64,000 bases of DNA, from contig CAXNJO010000011.1 in NCBI GenBank assembly GCA_964202905.1, forward strand, positions 107,804 to 171,803, written 5' to 3'. Of this stretch, positions 41,440 to 51,945 are shown in pieces. The notes beneath the pieces are model-generated. The model was not told the origin of the DNA, did not search any database, and saw only the letters and a list, made by a program, of their open reading frames with translations. Origin of the DNA: Polyangiales bacterium (GTDB lineage Bacteria > Myxococcota_A > Polyangia > Polyangiales > JADJQN01). Made by a program: the position numbers and the translations under genes. Each line of letters opens with the position of its first letter. Positions within the stretch are counted from its first letter, which is position 1.

Positions 41440-42378
41440 ATGGCGAAGCGAAACAAGATCGCGGTCATCGGTGCAGGCAACATCGGCGGCGAGCTGGCCA
41501 TGCTGGCGGCCCGACGCGAGCTCGGGGACGTCGTCCTCCTCGACATCCCGGAGAAGGCGGATTTCGCGCGCGGCAAGGCGCTCGACATCATGCAGACCGG
41601 CGCGCTCGACAAGTTCGACGCGAAGGTCATCGGCACGGGCGACTACGCCGACCTCGCGGGCGCGGACGTCGTGATCGTCACCGCCGGCGTGCCGCGCAAG
41701 CCGGGCATGTCGCGCGACGACCTCGTCTCGATCAACGCGAAGATCGTCCGCGCGGTCGGCGCGGGCATCAAGGCGCACGCGCCCGGCGCGTTCGTCGTCG
41801 TCATCTCGAACCCCCTCGACGCGATGGTCTACGAGATGAAGCGCGCGACGGGCTTCGACAAGTCGCGCGTCGTCGGCATGGCCGGCGTGCTCGACTCGGC
41901 GCGCTTCCAGTGCTTCATCGCCGAGGCCGCGGGCGTGAGCCCCAAGGAAGTCTCGACGCTCGTGCTCGGCGGGCACGGCGACACGATGGTGCCGTGCCTC
42001 TCCTACTGCACCGTCAACGGCATCCCCGTCCGCGAGCTCCTCGCGGAGGACGTGCTCGCCGCGATCGTGAAGCGCACGGCCGGCGGCGGCGGCGAGATCG
42101 TGAAGCTCATGGGCACGAGCGCGTACTACGCGCCGGCCGCGGGCGCGCTCGCGATCGCCGAGGCGTTCCTCAAGGACCAGAAGCGCCTGCTCGCCTGCGC
42201 CGCCTTCCTCGAGGGCGAATACGGGTACGAGGGCTACTACATGGGCGTGCCCGTCATCATCGGCGGCGGCGGCGTGGAGAAGGTCGTGTCGGTCACGCTC
42301 TCGGCCGACGAGAAGGCCGCGCTCGACAAGAGCTTCGACGCCGTCCGCGAGGTCACCGAAGCCTCGCTGAAGCTCTGA
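41440..42378 (+). CDS. mdh: Malate dehydrogenase (LDH-like)
   Basis: [55 protein letters not shown]. Confidence 0.97.
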   Translation: MAKRNKIAVIGAGNIGGELAMLAARRELGDVVLLDIPEKADFARGKALDIMQTGALDKFDAKVIGTGDYADLAGADVVIVTAGVPRKPGMSRDDLVSINAKIVRAVGAGIKAHAPGAFVVVISNPLDAMVYEMKRATGFDKSRVVGMAGVLDSARFQCFIAEAAGVSPKEVSTLVLGGHGDTMVPCLSYCTVNGIPVRELLAEDVLAAIVKRTAGGGGEIVKLMGTSAYYAPAAGALAIAEAFLKDQKRLLACAAFLEGEYGYEGYYMGVPVIIGGGGVEKVVSVTLSADEKAALDKSFDAVREVTEASLKL

Positions 42379-42415
42379 ACCCACGGTCGATGCGCCCCAC
42401 CCGGAAGGCACCGCG

Positions 42416-43600
<1,185 letters not shown>

Positions 43601-43606
43601 TCACCG

Positions 43607-44491
43607 ATGTCCATCCTCGTCGACAAGAACACGCGCGTCCTCTTCCAGGGCATCACCGGGTCGGCCGGCAGCTTCCACGCGAAGCAGTGCATGGACTACG
43701 GCACGAAGGTCGTCGCCGGCGTCACGCCCGGCAAGGGCGGCGAGAAGTTCGAGGGGAGAGTGCCGATCTTCGACACGGTCGCCACGGCCGTGCGCGAGAC
43801 GGGCGCGAATGCCTCGTGCATCTTCGTCCCGCCCCCGTTTGCGGCGGATTCGATCCTCGAGGCGATCGACGCGGGCGTCGAGCTGATCATCGCGATCACC
43901 GAGGGCATCCCGGTCACCGACATGATCAAGGTCCGCCGCGTCCTCGACGCGCAGACGCGCAGCCGCCTCATCGGCCCCAACTGCCCCGGTGTCATCACGC
44001 CGGGTGAGTGCAAGATCGGCATCATGCCGGGCCACATCCACACGCCCGGGGGGCCGATCGGCGTCGTGTCCCGTTCAGGCACGCTCACGTACGAGGCGGT
44101 CGGCCAGCTCACGGCGCTCGGCATCGGCCAGAGCTCCTGCGTCGGCATCGGCGGCGACCCGGTGAACGGCACGGACTTCGTCGACGTCCTCAAGATGTTC
44201 AACGCGGACGGCAAGACCGAGGGCGTCATCATGATCGGCGAGATCGGCGGCGGCGCCGAAGAGCTCGGCGCGGCCTACATCAAGGCCCACTTCCACAAGC
44301 CGGTCGTCGGCTTCATCGCGGGCACGACGGCCCCGCCGGGTAAGCGCATGGGCCACGCGGGCGCCATCATCTCCGGTGGCAAGGGCACCGCGTCGGCGAA
44401 GATCGCGGCGATGACGGATGCCGGCGTGCGCATGGCGGCGACGCCGTCCGAGATGGGCAGCACCATGGCGGCCCTCCTCAAGAAGTCCTGA
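43607..44491 (+). CDS. sucD: Succinyl-CoA synthetase alpha subunit
   Basis: [43 protein letters not shown]. Confidence 0.98.
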   Translation: MSILVDKNTRVLFQGITGSAGSFHAKQCMDYGTKVVAGVTPGKGGEKFEGRVPIFDTVATAVRETGANASCIFVPPPFAADSILEAIDAGVELIIAITEGIPVTDMIKVRRVLDAQTRSRLIGPNCPGVITPGECKIGIMPGHIHTPGGPIGVVSRSGTLTYEAVGQLTALGIGQSSCVGIGGDPVNGTDFVDVLKMFNADGKTEGVIMIGEIGGGAEELGAAYIKAHFHKPVVGFIAGTTAPPGKRMGHAGAIISGGKGTASAKIAAMTDAGVRMAATPSEMGSTMAALLKKS

Positions 44492-44582
44492 GCACGGCGC
44501 GGCCGCCGTCCCGCGAGGGATGCGCGCGGCCGCACGCACGGCTCCAACGCTCGGCAGTCACCCCAGGGAGAACGGATTCGTC

Positions 44583-45002
44583 ATGGCGATCGAACGCACG
44601 CTGTCCATCATCAAGCCGGACGCAGTCGAGAAGAACCGCATCGGCGGGGTCATCGCGCTGATCGAGGGCGCTGGGCTCACGGTCAAGGCGGCCCGCATGA
44701 CGCACCTCACGCGCCCCGTCGCGGAGGGTTTCTACGCGGTCCACAAAGAGCGTCCCTTCTTCGGCGAGCTCGTGCAGTTCATGACGCGCGGCCCGGTCGT
44801 GGTCATGGCGCTCGAGGGTGAGAACGCGGTCGCCAAGTACCGTGAGCTCATGGGCGCGACGGATCCCGCGGCCGCGGCCGAGGGCACCATCCGCAAGGCC
44901 CATGGCAGCAGCAAGGGCGAGAACGCCGTGCACGGATCGGACGCGCTCGACACGGCGCGCAACGAGATCGCGTACTTCTTCCCCGGCCACGAGCTGCCCT
45001 GA
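44583..45002 (+). CDS. ndk: Nucleoside diphosphate kinase
   Basis: [40 protein letters not shown]. Confidence 0.98.
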   Translation: MAIERTLSIIKPDAVEKNRIGGVIALIEGAGLTVKAARMTHLTRPVAEGFYAVHKERPFFGELVQFMTRGPVVVMALEGENAVAKYRELMGATDPAAAAEGTIRKAHGSSKGENAVHGSDALDTARNEIAYFFPGHELP

Positions 45003-45220
45003 TCCCCGCGAGATCGCCGCGCGCCGGTGATCGCCTGCGCCCCCCTCCGCGAGAGCGGCTGGGGGGCGTGTGCTTGGGGGCTCTCGGCAGCGCGCGTCGT
45101 GGCCCGCGGTCTCGCCGTTGCGTGGTGCGCGGGGCCGCGGTGTGGGGCGACGAGGGGCGGGAGGGATGGGCGCTGCGGCGGCGCGCGGCTGCGCGGGGCG
45201 ACGTCCGGTGCGCAGGCGCC

Positions 45221-47428
45221 GTGTCGCGCGCGTCCGGAGCGCCGGTGGCGGGGAGGGGGGCTGCGCTCGCGGCGCTCGTCGTGGGCAGTCTGCTCATTGC
45301 CTGCGTACCGGGCATGGCGCGCCCATCGCGGCAGACGGGCCACGTGCGCGCCACGACGCGCGTGGACGACGCCGCGGTCACGCTCGCCGCGCGGCTGCCC
45401 AGCGACGTGACCCGCTGCGTGGTCGCGCGCCCCGCGCGTCTCCCGCCGGCGCGCCGCGCGGTGTTCGCACGGGTGGCGCACGCGAACCCGATCGCCTGGC
45501 TCGCGTCGTGGCCGATCCGCGCGTTCGCGAGCGCCGAGGTGCGTCGTGCGGATGGGGCGCGCGGCGCGCTCTGGCTGCTGCGCACGGAGGGTACGGCCGC
45601 ACGGGTGCGCGCGGCGCTCGCGTCGCAGCCGCACCTCGCGCTGCGATGGGGTGGCGGGGTTGCGTGTCGCGGGCCCGAGTGCGCGGCGTCCGCGGTGCGC
45701 GAGCCGGATGGCGTCGTGCGCATCGAGCACGCGTGGCCCACGGCGCAGCCGCTGCTCGTGGGCCGTGCTTCAGAGGGGCCGTGCGCGCGCCTCGCCCGTG
45801 CTGCACCCGACGCGGTCGAGGTCAGCGTCTCGGAGGGCGCAGCGCCCGGCGTCGTGCGCGAGTCGCGCGTGCTCCGCGTAGTGGGCGCCCGTGCGTTCGC
45901 CGAGGAGCGCCTCACGACGCGCAGTCCAGCGGCGACGCAGCGCGTGCTCAGGTGGCTCGATGCCGTCGCAGGCGATGGAGATGATGGCATCATGGGAGAT
46001 GGTGTGTGGCGTCTCGTCGAGCGCGTCGCGCGCGGTCGCACCATCGTCTCGCGGTACGAGGTGGGCTTCGACGATCTCGCTCTGCGTGCGGCGGACGAGC
46101 GGCGCCTCGCCGACGCGCTCCGCGAGGAGCACGCGCTCGCGGGGCCGCTCCCGCTCGAAGCGCTCGATCTTCGCGACGCGGAGCTCGTGGCTGCGCAATG
46201 CGCGCTCCGCCGCGCGCAGGTGGACTTCTCCCGCGGGGCGGCGCGTGTCGAGGCCGTTGGGGCGCTCGGGGCGCTGCTCGAGGCCGCGCACACCGCGCAG
46301 CCCGACGACGCGGAGATCGCGCGTGCGCTCGTGCGCTTCCGCCTCGATGAGGGCGCAGCGGGCGAGGCGGCCGCCGCGCTCGCTGCGGACATGGCCGCGC
46401 GCGACCCCGTCTCCACGGATGCGTGGCGTCTGCTCGAGCGTGAGGGGCTCGCCGTCGCTGCGAGCCCGGGGCTCGCGCCGCGGCTCGTGCGCGATGCGAT
46501 CGCCGGGCCGCGGGAGGCGGGCCGCGTGGCGGCCGACGCGAGCGAGGCGCGCCGCGCGGGCCTCGCCTACGCCTGGGCCGAGGGCGCTGCGGCCGCTGGA
46601 CAGCGGTTCGACGCGCTGGCCGGCAGCGCCGCGGTGCGGCGTGTCCCGTCGTCCACCGCGCTCTCAATCGTCGGCCTCCCCGCAGCGCTCGTGTGGATCG
46701 CGCGGCTCGGGGCGCCCGATCCGCAGGCGCCGTTCGCGGCCTACGTGCTCGCGCGTACGGCGTCGATCGCCGCGGAAGCGCCGGTCGCGGGCGCCGGCGT
46801 TGCGGGCGCCGGGGACGCGAGGGAAGAGGTGCCACGCGGCGTGCGCATCCGGGGGGCGCGCGGCGGCGAGGGCCTCCTCTTCGCCGTGCGCTCGGACGAG
46901 GGGCTCGACGCGCTCGTCGCGCTCGGGAGCGCGGTGGCACGAGCACTCGACGGGGCTGGGCGCGCGGAGGTCGCGCTCGCCTTCGTGCCGATCGAGGCGG
47001 CGTCTTTTGCGCCGGCGTGGACGCTGGTCCTCCGTGGCCGCGTCGAGGGTGGGGCGCTCCTTCTCGGCGAGGTCTCGCGCGCGGCTTCGTCGATCGACTG
47101 GGACCTCGTGGCGCGCACGCTCGCTGGTCCGCTCGCGGCGTTCACGCAGCGCTTTCCGCTGCCCGCGCTCGAGGTCGTGCTGCGCGACGGGGACGAGGCG
47201 CGGCGTGCGGCGGAGCGTGTCGTCGATGCCACGTGCAGCGTCGAGGGCGGGCGTGTCCGCTGCGTCGCGCCGAGCGCGGCGGAACTCGGCGATGCTGCGC
47301 GCGCGATCGCCGCGCCGCTGCTCGGTACGTCGCCGGGGCTGCTGTGGTCGGCACCTTCTGCGCCGCGCGCGCGCGGGGCGCCGTCTCGGCGTGCACGGGG
47401 GCTTCCCGGCGGGCTGCGGTCGCAGTAG
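45221..47428 (+). CDS. Large hypothetical protein, probable lipoprotein
   Basis: AALAALVVGSLLIAC signal and lipobox; Ala-rich; fills the gap between ndk and dapD. Start placed at GTG 45221; the ORF is open from 45068. Confidence 0.6.
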   Translation: MSRASGAPVAGRGAALAALVVGSLLIACVPGMARPSRQTGHVRATTRVDDAAVTLAARLPSDVTRCVVARPARLPPARRAVFARVAHANPIAWLASWPIRAFASAEVRRADGARGALWLLRTEGTAARVRAALASQPHLALRWGGGVACRGPECAASAVREPDGVVRIEHAWPTAQPLLVGRASEGPCARLARAAPDAVEVSVSEGAAPGVVRESRVLRVVGARAFAEERLTTRSPAATQRVLRWLDAVAGDGDDGIMGDGVWRLVERVARGRTIVSRYEVGFDDLALRAADERRLADALREEHALAGPLPLEALDLRDAELVAAQCALRRAQVDFSRGAARVEAVGALGALLEAAHTAQPDDAEIARALVRFRLDEGAAGEAAAALAADMAARDPVSTDAWRLLEREGLAVAASPGLAPRLVRDAIAGPREAGRVAADASEARRAGLAYAWAEGAAAAGQRFDALAGSAAVRRVPSSTALSIVGLPAALVWIARLGAPDPQAPFAAYVLARTASIAAEAPVAGAGVAGAGDAREEVPRGVRIRGARGGEGLLFAVRSDEGLDALVALGSAVARALDGAGRAEVALAFVPIEAASFAPAWTLVLRGRVEGGALLLGEVSRAASSIDWDLVARTLAGPLAAFTQRFPLPALEVVLRDGDEARRAAERVVDATCSVEGGRVRCVAPSAAELGDAARAIAAPLLGTSPGLLWSAPSAPRARGAPSRRARGLPGGLRSQ

Positions 47429-47439
47429 AACCCCGCGTG

Positions 47440-48276
47440 ATGCACGACTCCCCCCACGAAGCGCTGCGCGTCCTCGTCGAGGCCGCTTGGGCCGATCGCG
47501 CGCTCCTCGCTCGCCCCGATCACGTGGCCGCCGTCGAGGAGACGATCGCGTGTCTCGACCGCGGCGCGCTGCGTGTCGCGACGCACGACGCGACGGCCGA
47601 CGCCTGGACGACGCACGCGTGGATCAAGCAGGCGATCCTCTTGTATTTCGCGGTGCGCCGGATGGAGCGCATCGAGGTCGGCCCCTTCGAGTTCCACGAC
47701 AAGATCCCGTTGAAGCGGGGGCTCGATGTCGCGGGCGTGCGTGTCGTGCCGCCGGGTGTCGCGCGCTACGGCTCGTTCCTCGCGGAGGGGGCGATCCTCA
47801 TGCCGGGTTACGTGAACATCGGCGCCTACGTCGGTGCAGGCACGATGGTCGACACGTGGGCGACGGTCGGGTCCTGCGCGCAGATCGGTCGCGACGTGCA
47901 CCTCGCGGGCGGCGTCGGGATCGGCGGGGTGCTCGAGCCGCCGAGCGCGACACCGGTGATCGTCGAAGACGGCGTGTTCGTCGGCTCGCGTGCCGTGCTC
48001 GTCGAGGGCGTGCGGATCGGGCGTGAGGCCGTGATCGGCGCGAACGTCGTCATCACCGCGTCCATTCCGATCCTCGACGTGACCGGTCCGGAGCTGGTCG
48101 AGCACCGCGGCTACGTCCCGCCGCGCAGCGTCGTCATCCCGGGTGTGCGCACGCGCGGCTTCCCCGCGGGGCAGTTCGGCGTGCCGTGCCCGCTCATCGT
48201 CGGCAAGCGCGGCGAAGAGACGGACCGCAAGGTCTCGCTCAACGCGGCCCTCCGCGCGTTCGGTGTGATGACGTGA
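47440..48276 (+). CDS. dapD: 2,3,4,5-tetrahydropyridine-2,6-dicarboxylate N-succinyltransferase
   Basis: LDRGALRVA, WIKQAILLYF, DKIPLK, RVVPP, YVNIGAYV, MVDTWATVGSCAQIG, GGVGIGGVLEP. Confidence 0.97.
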   Translation: MHDSPHEALRVLVEAAWADRALLARPDHVAAVEETIACLDRGALRVATHDATADAWTTHAWIKQAILLYFAVRRMERIEVGPFEFHDKIPLKRGLDVAGVRVVPPGVARYGSFLAEGAILMPGYVNIGAYVGAGTMVDTWATVGSCAQIGRDVHLAGGVGIGGVLEPPSATPVIVEDGVFVGSRAVLVEGVRIGREAVIGANVVITASIPILDVTGPELVEHRGYVPPRSVVIPGVRTRGFPAGQFGVPCPLIVGKRGEETDRKVSLNAALRAFGVMT

Positions 48277-49346
48277 CCGACCTCGCGGGTTCCCTGCGCG
48301 ATATCCTGCTCGAGATTACGCGCATCCCGAGCCCGATCGGCGAAGAGCGCGCGTTGTGTGATCACCTCGCGGCGCGACTCGGCCGCGCGCTCGGCGCCGC
48401 CGCGGTGCACCGGCACGCCGACTCGCTCGTCGTGCGCGTCGGCGCGCGCGAGCGGGCGCCGCGCATCGCGCTCGTCGGGCACACGGACGTCGTGCGCACC
48501 GAGCACGACGGCCCCGTGCGCGTCGAGGGAGACCGCCTGTACGGGCCGGGTGCGGCCGACATGAAGGCCGGGCTCGCCGTGATGATCGCGCTCGCAGAGC
48601 GCCTCGATCGCGCGGCGCTCCCCGTCGACCTCGTGATGGTGTTCTACGAGCGCGAAGAGGGGCCGTACGCCGAGAACATGCTCGGGCCGCTCCTCGAGCG
48701 CTTCGCGGAGCTGCGCGATCGCGACCTCGCCATCTGTCTCGAGCCGAGCGACAACAAATTGCAACTCGGTTGCATGGGCTCGTTGCACGCGACGCTCGTC
48801 TTCGAGGGGCGCACCGCGCACAGCGCGCGTCCGTGGCAGGGCGAGAACGCGATCACGAAGAGCGCGGAGCTGCTCGCGGCGCTCGGCGCACGCGCACCGC
48901 ACGAGGTGCTCGTGGACGGGCATCGTTTCGTGGAGGTGATGACCCCGACGCTCGCCTCCGGAGGACGCGGACGGAACGTCGTGCCCGACCGCTTCGAGGT
49001 GAACGTGAACTATCGCTTCGCGCCTGGCCGCACGCCGGAAGAGGCCCTCGACGGGCTCCGCGCGTGGGTCGGTGCGCGCGCGCGCGTGGAGGCGACCGAC
49101 CTCTCGCCGGCCGGACGCCCGCATGCGGCGCACCCGCTCGTGCAGCGGCTCGCCGCCTGCGGCGCGCGCGCGGTGGAGACGAAGCAGGCGTGGACGGACG
49201 TCGCGCGCTTCGACCGCATCGGCGTGCCGGCGGTGAACTTCGGGCCGGGCACGCAGGCGCAGGCGCACCAGCGCAACGAGTACACGGAGCTTCCGCTGCT
49301 CGAAGAGGGCTACGGGATCCTCGCGCGCTTCCTCCTCGGGGTGTGA
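48273..49346 (+). CDS. dapE: Succinyl-diaminopimelate desuccinylase (M20 family, short actinobacterial-like form)
   Basis: GHTDVV, G.GAADMKAG, FYEREE, LEPS, HSARPWQGENAI, WTDVARF, NFGPG...QAH; GTGA overlap with dapD. Confidence 0.92.
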   Translation: MTDLAGSLRDILLEITRIPSPIGEERALCDHLAARLGRALGAAAVHRHADSLVVRVGARERAPRIALVGHTDVVRTEHDGPVRVEGDRLYGPGAADMKAGLAVMIALAERLDRAALPVDLVMVFYEREEGPYAENMLGPLLERFAELRDRDLAICLEPSDNKLQLGCMGSLHATLVFEGRTAHSARPWQGENAITKSAELLAALGARAPHEVLVDGHRFVEVMTPTLASGGRGRNVVPDRFEVNVNYRFAPGRTPEEALDGLRAWVGARARVEATDLSPAGRPHAAHPLVQRLAACGARAVETKQAWTDVARFDRIGVPAVNFGPGTQAQAHQRNEYTELPLLEEGYGILARFLLGV

Positions 49347-49429
49347 CGACGCGCCCGGGCCGGGTGCCCGCGGCCAGGGCGCGCTGCGCAGCGCCCACCG
49401 ACCCGGATGCCGCCATCGCCGCGCCGAAT

Positions 49430-49491
49430 CGAGGCCCCCGCAACGAGGCCCCCGCAACGAGGCCCCCGCAACGAGGCCCCCGCCAACGAGG
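49430..49491. repeat. 14-bp tandem repeat (cgaggcccccgcaa) x4 plus a partial copy
   Basis: Three perfect copies at 49430-49471, a fourth with a 1-nt insertion, then cgagg; no spacers. Confidence 0.95.
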
Positions 49492-49522
49492 AACGGGGCC
49501 CAGCCGAAGGCTGGACCCCGTT
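49492..49522 (-). terminator. Hairpin downstream of flagellin with a C(UUCG)G tetraloop
   Basis: Minus strand aacggggtccagcc-ttc-ggctgggccccgtt, 22 nt after the fliC stop. Confidence 0.8.
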
Positions 49523-49544
49523 GCGCGTCGAACCTCAGGGGTGA

Positions 49545-50384
49545 TCAGCGAAGCAGCGAGAGCGCTGCCTGCGGAGCGAGGTTCGCCTGGGACAGAACGG
49601 CGACGCCGGCCTGCATCAGGATGTTGTTTCGGGTCATCGCGGAGCTTTCCTCGGCCACGTCGACGTCGCGGATGCGCGAGTTGGCGGCCGTGAGGTTCTC
49701 GCGGGCGCTCATCAGGTTCGAGACCGTGACCTGCAGACGGTTCTGGACCGAGCCGAGGGCCGAGCGGGATTGCGAGGTGTCGGCGATGGCCGTGTCGAGG
49801 CTCGTGAGGGCGGACGTGGCGCCGGTGCCCGTCGAGATGTCGAGCGCCGAGAGGTCGGTGTTGCTCTGGCCGTACGAGGTGTTCGACAGCGTGTCCATGC
49901 TCGCGGTGATCGTGTCGGACGCGTTCGTGCCGATGCCGACCTGGAAGTTGAAGGCCGAGGTCGAGCCGTCGAGGAGGTTCACGCCGTTGAACTGCGTGAC
50001 GTCCGCGATACGGCCGATCTCTTCCTGCAACTCGTTGAACTCGGTCTGGAGCAGGGCCTTCTCGGAGGTGCCGACCGTGTCCGTGGAGGCCTGCATCGCA
50101 AGCTCACGCATGCGGATCAGCAGGCCGCTGTTCTCGTTCATCGCGCCCTCGGCGGTCTGCAAGAGACTGATTCCGTCGTTCGCGTTGCGCTCGGCCTGGC
50201 CGAGCGAACGGATCTGGGACTTCAGTCGCTCGCTAATCGCGAGGCCGGCGGCGTCATCGGCCGCCGTGTTGATGCGAAGACCGCTCGAGAGACGACCAAA
50301 GTTCGCCGCGAGGGTCTTCTGGGTTTGGGAGAGGTTTCGCTGGGCGCCGAGAGACTCGACGTTGGTCTTGATACTGAGGGCCAT
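49545..50384 (-). CDS. fliC: Flagellin (minimal, 279 aa)
   Basis: MALSIKTN, RLSSGLRINTAADDAAGLAISE, NANDGISLLQTAEGA, RMRELAMQA, FQVG, LGSVQNRL, ENLTAANSRIRDVD.AEE, QAN..PQ.ALSLL; AGGAG RBS. Confidence 0.98.
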   Translation of the reverse strand: MALSIKTNVESLGAQRNLSQTQKTLAANFGRLSSGLRINTAADDAAGLAISERLKSQIRSLGQAERNANDGISLLQTAEGAMNENSGLLIRMRELAMQASTDTVGTSEKALLQTEFNELQEEIGRIADVTQFNGVNLLDGSTSAFNFQVGIGTNASDTITASMDTLSNTSYGQSNTDLSALDISTGTGATSALTSLDTAIADTSQSRSALGSVQNRLQVTVSNLMSARENLTAANSRIRDVDVAEESSAMTRNNILMQAGVAVLSQANLAPQAALSLLR

Positions 50385-50387
50385 GGG

Positions 50388-50430
50388 TTGCTCCTATCCG
50401 TGAGCGCTAAAGATCGTCTTCCTGACGACC
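50388..50430 (-). promoter_or_regulatory. Flagellin 5' leader with GGA-in-loop hairpins (CsrA-type sites)
   Basis: Minus strand ggtcgtc-AGGAA-gacgatc and gctc-ACGGATAG-gagc; the second hairpin overlaps the RBS. Confidence 0.6.
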
Positions 50431-50709
50431 GAAGAAGCATGGGCGGATCCCGAGACGATGATCAAGCCCACACCTGCGATTTCCCCAAGGGGCGACGTGC
50501 GCCCGCAGAAAAGCCCAGAAAAAGCGGGGATCCGTGCCGCGCGCGGGCGACCTCCTCCGGCGCCTCCGGGCCCTGCCGGGGCGCGCGGGCGCTGATCGGG
50601 GCCTTCGCAAGCGCTCCGGCGCGGCGTTTCCGAGCGGGGTGGTGACGCGTGAGCGCATCGCGCACCGGGCGATTGCGATGGCGTGCGTCGCCCTGCATGC
50701 TCGCGCGCC

Positions 50710-51876
50710 ATGCCCGCCCCGCGACCCGAGCTCGCGCCCCCGCGCGGGCCCCTCGAGCGACTGCCCGAAGAGTGGGCCGAGACCCTCGCGGCGTGGGGGC
50801 AACCGCGCTTCCGTGCGCTGCAGGTGTTCCGCTGGATTCACCAGCGAAACGTCCTCGATCCGCAGCAGATGACGGATCTGCCGAAGACGCTCCGAGCGCG
50901 CCTCGCGGAGGAGGGCCTCGTCGCGCCGCTCGAGGTTGCGCTCTTCCATCGCTCGGCGGATGGGACGCGGAAGATGCTCCTGCGGCTCGCCGACGGGAAG
51001 GACATCGAGAGCGTGCTGCTGCCGCAGGGGGCGCCGGGCGACCTCGCGGTGATGGACGACGACGCCGACGCGGAGGCGGAGCCGCCGCGCGACGCGCCGC
51101 GCACCCCCATCTCGCAGTGCATCTCGACGCAGGTCGGCTGCGCGATGGGGTGCGTGTTCTGTGCCTCCGGCGTCGCAGGCCTGAAGCGGCATCTGAGCGC
51201 GGCGGAGATCGTGGGGCAGGTGCTCGTCGGGCGGGCGCGCGCGGACGCGGGCGAGCACGTCCGCAACGTCGTGCTGATGGGCATGGGCGAGCCGCTCCAC
51301 AATTACGACGCGGTTGCACGTGCACTCGTATTGCTGTCGCATCCCGATGGCATCGGGCTCTCGACCCGCCGCGTGACGCTCTCGACGAGCGGCCTGGTGC
51401 CGCAGATCGACCGGCTCGGCCGCGACTTCGGCGGGCTCGTGCAGCTCGCGGTCTCGCTGCACGCGGTGACCGACGAGAAGCGCTCGCTGCTGATGCCCAT
51501 CAACCGCAAGCATCCGCTCGACGAGCTGATGGACGCGCTGCGCCGCTACCCGCTCCCGCCGCGCCGCCGGATCACCATCGAATACACGCTGATCGCGGGC
51601 AAGAACGACGATCCGCGCGACGCCGAAGCCCTCGCGCAGTTGCTGCGCGGCGTGCCGGCGAAGGTGAACCTGATCCCGATGAACGGAGTGGCGGGCAGCC
51701 CGCTCGCGGCACCGGGCGCGGACGGCGTCGAGGCGTTCCAGCAGCGGCTGCACGCCTGCGGCGTCGCGGCCTTCGTGCGGCGCACGCGCGGCGACGACAT
51801 CGCGGCGGCCTGCGGGCAGCTCGCGCTCCACGGTGAGAAGCGGCGCATCCGCGTCGACGTCAGCGCGGGCGGCTGA
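50710..51876 (+). CDS. rlmN: Dual-specificity RNA methyltransferase RlmN (radical SAM)
   Basis: SADGTRK, CISTQVGCAMGCVFCASG, NVVLMGMGEPL.N, STSG, LAVSLHA, IEY.LI.G.ND, VNLIP, RGDDIAAACGQL. Confidence 0.97.
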   Translation: MPAPRPELAPPRGPLERLPEEWAETLAAWGQPRFRALQVFRWIHQRNVLDPQQMTDLPKTLRARLAEEGLVAPLEVALFHRSADGTRKMLLRLADGKDIESVLLPQGAPGDLAVMDDDADAEAEPPRDAPRTPISQCISTQVGCAMGCVFCASGVAGLKRHLSAAEIVGQVLVGRARADAGEHVRNVVLMGMGEPLHNYDAVARALVLLSHPDGIGLSTRRVTLSTSGLVPQIDRLGRDFGGLVQLAVSLHAVTDEKRSLLMPINRKHPLDELMDALRRYPLPPRRRITIEYTLIAGKNDDPRDAEALAQLLRGVPAKVNLIPMNGVAGSPLAAPGADGVEAFQQRLHACGVAAFVRRTRGDDIAAACGQLALHGEKRRIRVDVSAGG

Positions 51877-51945
51877 AGCGCGCCGCGTCTCGGCGCGGGC
51901 TGCGGGGGGTACCGAGCACGAGCAGCGGGACGGCGCGCGCGGGGC

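Noticed and set aside
49430..49491. Possible CRISPR array
   Set aside because: The units are 14 bp, directly tandem, without spacers, and there are no cas genes.
50450..50700. Sigma28 or sigma54 promoter for fliC
   Set aside because: I found no convincing TAAA-N15-GCCGATAA or GG-N10-GC match by eye.
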